Shown here: one piece after another, positions 59,123 through 64,000 of the stretch
How the letters are laid out: every line of letters starts with the position of its first letter
Numbering within the stretch: the stretch's first letter is position 1
Origin: an uncultured Gemmatimonadales bacterium
GTDB lineage: Bacteria > Gemmatimonadota > Gemmatimonadetes > Palauibacterales > Palauibacteraceae
Reading direction: 5' to 3'
NCBI GenBank assembly: GCA_963783385.1
Contig: CAWANJ010000009.1
Span: 211,976 to 275,975 of the forward strand
DNA: 64,000 bases
The notes under the pieces: model-generated
What the model was told of the DNA's origin: nothing
Seen by the model: only the letters and a program-made list of their open reading frames with translations
Databases searched by the model: none
Position numbers and translations under genes: made by a program

Positions 59123-59766
59123 CGGACGCGGTCCTCGTGCCGGTCGGCGAGGCGGAGGCCGAGCTGCGCGCACGCGGCTCGCGCTTCCTGGCGCGCGCGA
59201 GCCGGACCGCGACGCGCCAGGAGGCGGAGGACCTCCGGTCCCGCGCCCGACGCCGCCACCACGATGCCACCCATCACGTGCTGGCGTTCCTCCCCCTGGA
59301 AGGGGCCGCCTGGTGGGACGACGACGGTGAGCCGTCGGGGACCGGGGGCCGACCCGTGCTCGACGCCATCCAGGGATCCGGGCTCCGGCAGACGGCGGTC
59401 GTGGTCACGCGCTGGTTCGGCGGAACCAAGCTCGGAACGGGCGGGCTCTCCCGTGCCTATGCCGGCGCTGCCGCTCGCGCGCTTTCGGATCTTCCCGGCC
59501 GCCCGGCGGTGCCCGCCAGTCGGTGCCTCGTCCACTTCGATCATCCCGATACGGGTGCCGTCATGCGGCTGCTGGACGCCGCCGGGGCTCGGCGAGGGGA
59601 GCTGCTGTACGAGACCCGGGTCAGCCTCGAGGTCCTGGTTCCGCGCGACCGCCGCCCCGAGCTGGCCCGCGCGCTGGCCGACGCGACCGGGGGCCGGGCC
59701 CGCCTCGAGCTCGTGAACGACGAGGGTGTGCTGGTCCTGGCGGAGGGAGCCGGGGGGGCGACTTGA
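59119..59766 (+). CDS. yigZ: IMPACT/YigZ-family protein
   Basis: [25 protein letters not shown] and [18 protein letters not shown] motifs. Start uncertain (CTG 59119 overlapping the glyA stop, or GTG 59137). Confidence 0.9.
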   Translation: MTDAVLVPVGEAEAELRARGSRFLARASRTATRQEAEDLRSRARRRHHDATHHVLAFLPLEGAAWWDDDGEPSGTGGRPVLDAIQGSGLRQTAVVVTRWFGGTKLGTGGLSRAYAGAAARALSDLPGRPAVPASRCLVHFDHPDTGAVMRLLDAAGARRGELLYETRVSLEVLVPRDRRPELARALADATGGRARLELVNDEGVLVLAEGAGGAT

Positions 59767-59792
59767 CGCTTGATTTCGCGTTCTCCTACTTT
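59763..59792 (+). promoter_or_regulatory. Probable sigma70-type promoter for the two small downstream genes
   Basis: TTGACG (59763-59768), 18-bp spacer, TACTTT (59787-59792), in a T-rich patch. Confidence 0.55.
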
Positions 59793-59880
59793 CCCAGCGT
59801 GTTCGTTCCGGGCTCGAGACCCGCCGGGGTCCGGTCCGACCCGGCGAGGGAAGGGCCCGACGGCCGTGGATGAAGGGGTG

Positions 59881-60264
59881 ATGGACGGGAGCCAGATCCT
59901 CACGCAACTGAGGCGCCGCGACCCGCGCTACACGGAGGAGGCCTATCTCTTCGTGCTCGCGGCGCTGCACCACTGTCTCGAAGAGCTGGACGAGCCGCGG
60001 CACGTCTCGGGTTCCGAGCTGGCGTCGGCGGTGCGGGACCTGGCCCTGTCCCGCTTCGGCCCGATGGCGCGGACCGTGCTCGAGCACTGGGGCGTCCACG
60101 CCACGCGCGACCTGGGGGAGATCGTCTTCCTGCTGGTGGAATCTGGGATCCTGATCAAGCAGGACTCCGATTCGCGCGAGGACTTCGAGGGTCTGTACAG
60201 CTTCGAAGAGGCGTTCGAGACGGGCTATCCGTGGGCCGGCCTGGAAGGAGAACGCTTCATCTGA
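59881..60264 (+). CDS. Conserved hypothetical protein, Minf_1886-like
   Basis: DPRY...AYLFV..AL...RHVSG.EL....RDLAL.RFGPMA.TVL.HWG...T.D.GEIVF.LVE.G.L.K...D..EDF pattern recognised from memory, not by search. Start could be 59866/59878. Confidence 0.75.
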   Translation: MDGSQILTQLRRRDPRYTEEAYLFVLAALHHCLEELDEPRHVSGSELASAVRDLALSRFGPMARTVLEHWGVHATRDLGEIVFLLVESGILIKQDSDSREDFEGLYSFEEAFETGYPWAGLEGERFI

Positions 60265-60356
60265 GGGCCGTCTTGGCCCATCATGCACCTGCCCGGATGC
60301 TTGCCAGGACGCGGGGTCGTCGGATCGGGGCGGGATGGTCGGGAGGGGGTGATCGC

Positions 60357-60554
60357 GTGGACGAGCTCGGTAGCTTCCCGGACTGCCTGAAGTGCGAGAA
60401 CGGTATCTTGCTGCCACTCTCGGACTACGGCCGGGACGGGGCCACCATCCGGTACAAAGCCTGGGTGTGCTCCAACCCCGAGTGCGGCTTCAACATCCGC
60501 ATCGACAACGGCGAGATCAGCTTCGGCCGCACGGTCTCCCAGTCCTACCGCTGA
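60357..60554 (+). CDS. Small (65 aa) Cys4 zinc-ribbon-like hypothetical protein
   Basis: CLKC...LLPLSDYG...YKAWVCSNPEC; GGGAGG RBS before GTG; coding-like codon usage. Confidence 0.8.
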   Translation: MDELGSFPDCLKCENGILLPLSDYGRDGATIRYKAWVCSNPECGFNIRIDNGEISFGRTVSQSYR

Positions 60555-60624
60555 CCGGCTCGGGTCCGTGCGGCGTGGCTCGACACCGGGGCGAACCTTG
60601 AGCTCGCGGACCCGTTCGATCGAC

Positions 60625-62166
60625 GTGAACCGCACGCAGGTGTGGCTCCCGACGGCCGGGGAGATGGCCGCGCTGGATCGCGACGCCACGGCGTCGGGGC
60701 ACACTACCGAACGGACCCTGATCGAGGCGGCCGGACGGGAGGTCGCCCGTCAGGTCGCCCTGCGCTTCCCCGAGGGTCCCGTCGCCGCTCTCCTGGGCAG
60801 CGGTCACAACGGTGCCGACGCCCTGGTGGCCCTCCGCTCGCTACGCGCCTGGGGAAGGGACGTCGCGGCGGTCCGCTGCGGGAGCTCGCTCCCCGAGCCG
60901 GAGGTGCGCGCGGGCTGGGAACTCGAGGTGCGGGAGCCGTCGGCGCTCGAGGCGACGTGCCGCTCGGCCGCCGTGGTGCTCGACGGGCTCCTGGGCACGG
61001 GCGTCAACGGTGCGCCGCGCGAGCCCGCGGCCACCTTCATCGCCCGGCTGAACGCCATTCCCGTGCCGGTCGTGGCCGTGGACGGTCCGAGCGGCGCCGA
61101 CTTCACCACGGGGCGCACGCCGGGCGCCTGCGTGCGGGCCACCGTCACCGTGTGCCTGGGCTGGCCCAAGCTCGGACTCGTGCTCCACCCGGCCCGCGGG
61201 CACTGCGGGGAGCTGGTGTGCGTGGAGATCGGGTTTCCCCCGCCCGCCGGGGATCGCTTCGGAGCGCGGGCCATCACGGCGCGCTGGGCGACCGAGCTCC
61301 TGATCGAGCGGGGTCCGGAGGCACACAAGGGCGAGGCCGGCTACCTGGCCCTCGTGGCGGGACAGGCCGGCATGGCGGGAGCCTCGGTGCTGGCGGCGCG
61401 CTCCGCCGTTCGCGCCGGAGCGGGCATCGTCCGGGTGATCGGGGACCCCGCCAACCGGGTCGTCGTCCAGTCGGCCGTGCCGGAGGCCCTGTTCGTGGGC
61501 TGGGACGACGACCGGGGCGTGCGGGAGAGCCTCGAGTGGGCCGACGCCGTGGCCGTGGGGCCGGGTCTGGGCGGAGGAGCGGAGCGCCGCGAGCTCGTCG
61601 AGCGCGTGCTGGAGGGCCGGGGTGGACGCCCCGTCGTCGTGGACGCGGACGGGCTCAACGCTTTCGCCGGGCGGATGGAGGCGCTGGCGGACCTGCTGGG
61701 TGGAAGCGCCGTCATCACGCCCCACCCGGGGGAGCTGGCGAGGCTGCGCGGTGGCGAGCTGAGCGCCATCCTCGAAGACCGGCTCGGGGCCGCGCGTGCG
61801 GCGGCCCGGGACCTGGGCGTCCCGGTCCTCCTCAAGGGAATCCCCGCGCTGGTGGCCCTGCCGGTCGGTCCCCTGCGGGTGGCCACGGCCGGGGGCCCGG
61901 CCGTGGCGTCGGGCGGCTCCGGCGACGTCCTCACGGGCATCGTGGGCGCGTACCTGGCCGCCGGCATCGGGCCCGCGGACGCGGCCACGGCGGCCCTGAT
62001 GATCGGGGGACTCGCCGCCGACCGCTCGCCCTGCCCGGAGGGCCATCTGCCCACCGACGTGCCCGATCGGCTCCCGGCCGTGCGGGCGGAAATGAGCTCC
62101 GCGCCGCCGCCTTTGCCGGGTCCCGTGCTGTTCTCGCTCCCGGCGTCCCGGTCGGCCGGGGGCTGA
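60625..62166 (+). CDS. nnr: Bifunctional NAD(P)H-hydrate epimerase/dehydratase Nnr
   Basis: LIEAAG, GSGHNGAD, DGLLGTG, DGPSG (YjeF_N); GPGLG, VVDADGL, ITPHPGEL, LLKG and GGSGDVLTG (YjeF_C). Confidence 0.93.
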   Translation: MNRTQVWLPTAGEMAALDRDATASGHTTERTLIEAAGREVARQVALRFPEGPVAALLGSGHNGADALVALRSLRAWGRDVAAVRCGSSLPEPEVRAGWELEVREPSALEATCRSAAVVLDGLLGTGVNGAPREPAATFIARLNAIPVPVVAVDGPSGADFTTGRTPGACVRATVTVCLGWPKLGLVLHPARGHCGELVCVEIGFPPPAGDRFGARAITARWATELLIERGPEAHKGEAGYLALVAGQAGMAGASVLAARSAVRAGAGIVRVIGDPANRVVVQSAVPEALFVGWDDDRGVRESLEWADAVAVGPGLGGGAERRELVERVLEGRGGRPVVVDADGLNAFAGRMEALADLLGGSAVITPHPGELARLRGGELSAILEDRLGAARAAARDLGVPVLLKGIPALVALPVGPLRVATAGGPAVASGGSGDVLTGIVGAYLAAGIGPADAATAALMIGGLAADRSPCPEGHLPTDVPDRLPAVRAEMSSAPPPLPGPVLFSLPASRSAGG

Positions 62167-62173
62167 CCGGACG

Positions 62174-63175
62174 GTGGACACGCCGCTCGCCCCGGGCTCG
62201 GAGTTCGACCGGATCCGGTCCCTGGTGAGCACGGTGGCCGGCCTGGCGCCGGCCGCCGAACAGGGGCGGGGTCCGGGAGATGATGCGGCCCTCATCAATG
62301 TGCCGGTCGGCGAGACCCTGGTGGTGAGCACGGACCTGTCCATCGAGGGGGTCCACTTCGAGCGGGCCTGGCTGCGGTGGGAGACCGTCGGGTTCCGGGC
62401 CGTCACCGGAGCGCTGAGTGACGTGGCGGCCATGGCGGCCCGCCCGCTCGGCGTCCTCCTGTCCATCGCGCTCCCCCCGGAGCTGGACCGCGAGGTGCTC
62501 GATGCCCTCGGGGTCGGCGCCGGACGGGCCCTGGCCGAGGCAGGGTGCTCGCTCCTGGGCGGAGACCTCTCCCGCTCCCCCGGACCGGTGGTGCTCGACG
62601 CGGCCGTGCTCGGGTCGGCGACCCGCCCGGTGCGGCGAAGCGGAGCTCGGCCCGGCGACGAGGCCTGGGTGACGGGCGAGCTGGGTGGAGCGGCCCTGGC
62701 CGTGCGGCAGTGGCGGCAGGCGCTGGAGCCCGACCCGCGTGCCCGGCGCGCGTTCGAGAGGCCGCACGCCCGACTGGCCGAGGCACGCTGGCTGGCGGAC
62801 GAAGCGGACGTCGGGGCGCTCATCGACCTGTCCGATGGCCTGGCGGGGGACGCGGCCCAGCTGGCGGCCGCCTCGGGCGTCAGGGTCGAGATCGACGCCA
62901 CCGAGGTTCCCCTGGCGCCGCCCCTGGCGGAGTTCAACGATCGGAGCGCCGCCCTGCGGCTGGCCGCGGGCGGAGGAGAGGACTACGAGCTCCTGCTCAC
63001 GGCACCGGCCGGCGCCTTGCAGCCGCTCCGTGCGGCCTTCGAGTCGCGGTTCGGAGCCCGGTTGACGCGCGTGGGCAGGATCACGGCGGGAGGGGGGGTG
63101 CAGTGGAACGTACCGGAGGGCAGCCCGGTCGACATCCCGCTCACCGGATTCGATCACTTCGCCGCGGACGAGTAG
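62174..63175 (+). CDS. thiL: Thiamine-monophosphate kinase
   Basis: GDDAA, STDLSIEGVHF, LSDVAAMAA, GGDLS, IDLSDGL and GGEDYELL motifs. Confidence 0.95.
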   Translation: MDTPLAPGSEFDRIRSLVSTVAGLAPAAEQGRGPGDDAALINVPVGETLVVSTDLSIEGVHFERAWLRWETVGFRAVTGALSDVAAMAARPLGVLLSIALPPELDREVLDALGVGAGRALAEAGCSLLGGDLSRSPGPVVLDAAVLGSATRPVRRSGARPGDEAWVTGELGGAALAVRQWRQALEPDPRARRAFERPHARLAEARWLADEADVGALIDLSDGLAGDAAQLAAASGVRVEIDATEVPLAPPLAEFNDRSAALRLAAGGGEDYELLLTAPAGALQPLRAAFESRFGARLTRVGRITAGGGVQWNVPEGSPVDIPLTGFDHFAADE

Positions 63176-63910
63176 GTGGGCACGGGAGAGGGGCCGCGCG
63201 CCAGCCTCGCGCGTACGGTACTCCTGACCGTCATCGGGGGGCCGGCGACGATCTTCTTCTCCCTCGTCTCGCTGGTCGGCGGACTGCTCCACGCGCCGCG
63301 CGGCCTGCACGACTGGGTGCATCGCACCTGGTCCCGCTTCCTGCTGTCGCTGGCCGGGATCCGGCTGGAGGTCGACGGCCTCGAGAGCATTCGGTCCGGT
63401 GAGGAGCAGGTGGTCGTCGCCAACCACCAATCGCTGTTCGACATCCTGGCCCTGTTCGCGGCGCTGCCCGTTTCCCTGCGCTTCATCGCCAAGATCGAGC
63501 TGAGCCGCATCCCGGTGTTCGGTGGGGCCATGCGACAGGCGGGACACGTGTTCATCGATCGGTCGGACCTGCGCCAGGCGATCCGGGCCATGCGGGCGGC
63601 GGGCGAGCGCATGCGAAAGGAAGGCCTCACCCTGGGCGTCTTCCCCGAGGGGACGAGGTCCACGGACGGGACGCTCCAGCCGTTCAAGAAGGGCAGCTTC
63701 GTCCTGGCCATCGAGACCGGGACGAGGCTGGTGCCCGTCGCGGTGCAGGGCGGTCGTGCGATCCTGCCCACGGGGAGCCGGCTGCTGCACCCGGGGCCGA
63801 TGCGGATCCGGTGCGCACCAGCCATCGAGCTCGATCGGCTTCAGCGGGAGGACCGGGACGCGCTCCTCGTGGAGACTCGGGGTGCCATCGCGGGCATGCT
63901 CGCGCCGTAG
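63176..63910 (+). CDS. plsC: 1-acyl-sn-glycerol-3-phosphate acyltransferase
   Basis: ANHQSLFD (HX4D), FIAKIEL, FIDR and FPEGTRS motifs. Confidence 0.93.
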   Translation: MGTGEGPRASLARTVLLTVIGGPATIFFSLVSLVGGLLHAPRGLHDWVHRTWSRFLLSLAGIRLEVDGLESIRSGEEQVVVANHQSLFDILALFAALPVSLRFIAKIELSRIPVFGGAMRQAGHVFIDRSDLRQAIRAMRAAGERMRKEGLTLGVFPEGTRSTDGTLQPFKKGSFVLAIETGTRLVPVAVQGGRAILPTGSRLLHPGPMRIRCAPAIELDRLQREDRDALLVETRGAIAGMLAP

Positions 63911-63993
63911 GAGCCGCCCTGCCGCGGGGTTGTCCCCGGCCCGCCGGCGCTGCAGCTTTCCGCCTTTGGGCGCACGCGACAGTTGGAGGTCCA

Positions 63994-64000
63994 ATGTCGG
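63994..64000 (+). CDS. Probable start of the next gene (truncated by the window edge)
   Basis: GGAGG at 63985-63989 followed by ATG at 63994; identity cannot be determined. Confidence 0.4.

Noticed and set aside
59815-59860. Possible SRP RNA or riboswitch in the leader of the Minf_1886-like gene
   Set aside because: Lacks the SRP helix-8 CAGG/GGAA/AGCA pattern and any aptamer consensus I recognise; kept only as a generic hairpin.
1-64000. tRNA, rRNA, CRISPR arrays, insertion sequences, Sec/Pyl recoding
   Set aside because: No cloverleaf/T-loop signatures in the short intergenic gaps, no regularly spaced repeats, no transposase motifs and no in-frame stop within conserved domains were seen; this was by eye, so tRNAscan-SE and cmscan would be decisive.

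Overview
High-GC (roughly 70% by eye, not computed), densely coded bacterial chromosomal window. The gene content (TonB-plug protein, outer-membrane barrel, HIT-mutS2-dnaG, Minf_1886-like protein) suggests a diderm, possibly Gemmatimonadota; that assignment is inference. Three blocks are visible. (1) 1-8977 (+): EamA transporter, asparaginase II, CMD-family protein, obgE, dprA, hemW, hrcA, dnaJ. (2) 9000-36279: a 27-kb, divergently arranged carbohydrate block. The minus strand carries a glucoamylase, tkt, rpiB, a tal-pgi fusion, a HAD phosphatase, gnd, zwf, pgl, glk and a second GH15. The plus strand carries glgE, a treS-maltokinase fusion, malQ, glgB and a GH57/DUF3536 protein. (3) 36307-64000: mostly housekeeping genes (HIT, mutS2, dnaG, Zn-ribbon, recJ, rsmD, coaD, pta-like, rsmA, rex, arcA, DEDDh exonuclease, MBL hydrolase, thiolase, bioY, CPBP, hbd, acyl-CoA DH, Leu DH, glyA, yigZ, two small conserved unknowns, nnr, thiL, plsC). 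No rRNA, tRNA, CRISPR array, transposase or integrase was recognised. Four genes carry single-base frameshifts (dprA, glgE, coaD, thiolase), most likely read/assembly indels. Best leads: both oxidative-PPP dehydrogenases lack the NADP 2'-phosphate-binding residues, predicting an NAD-linked cyclic pentose phosphate pathway fed by glucan/trehalose breakdown; a perfect Rex operator at the promoter of a rex-arcA operon; and an AT-rich 13-bp motif (ATCACWTGATATC) shared by the obgE and thiolase upstream regions. I found no clearly new multi-gene system; the leads are variants of known systems or unexplained motifs.
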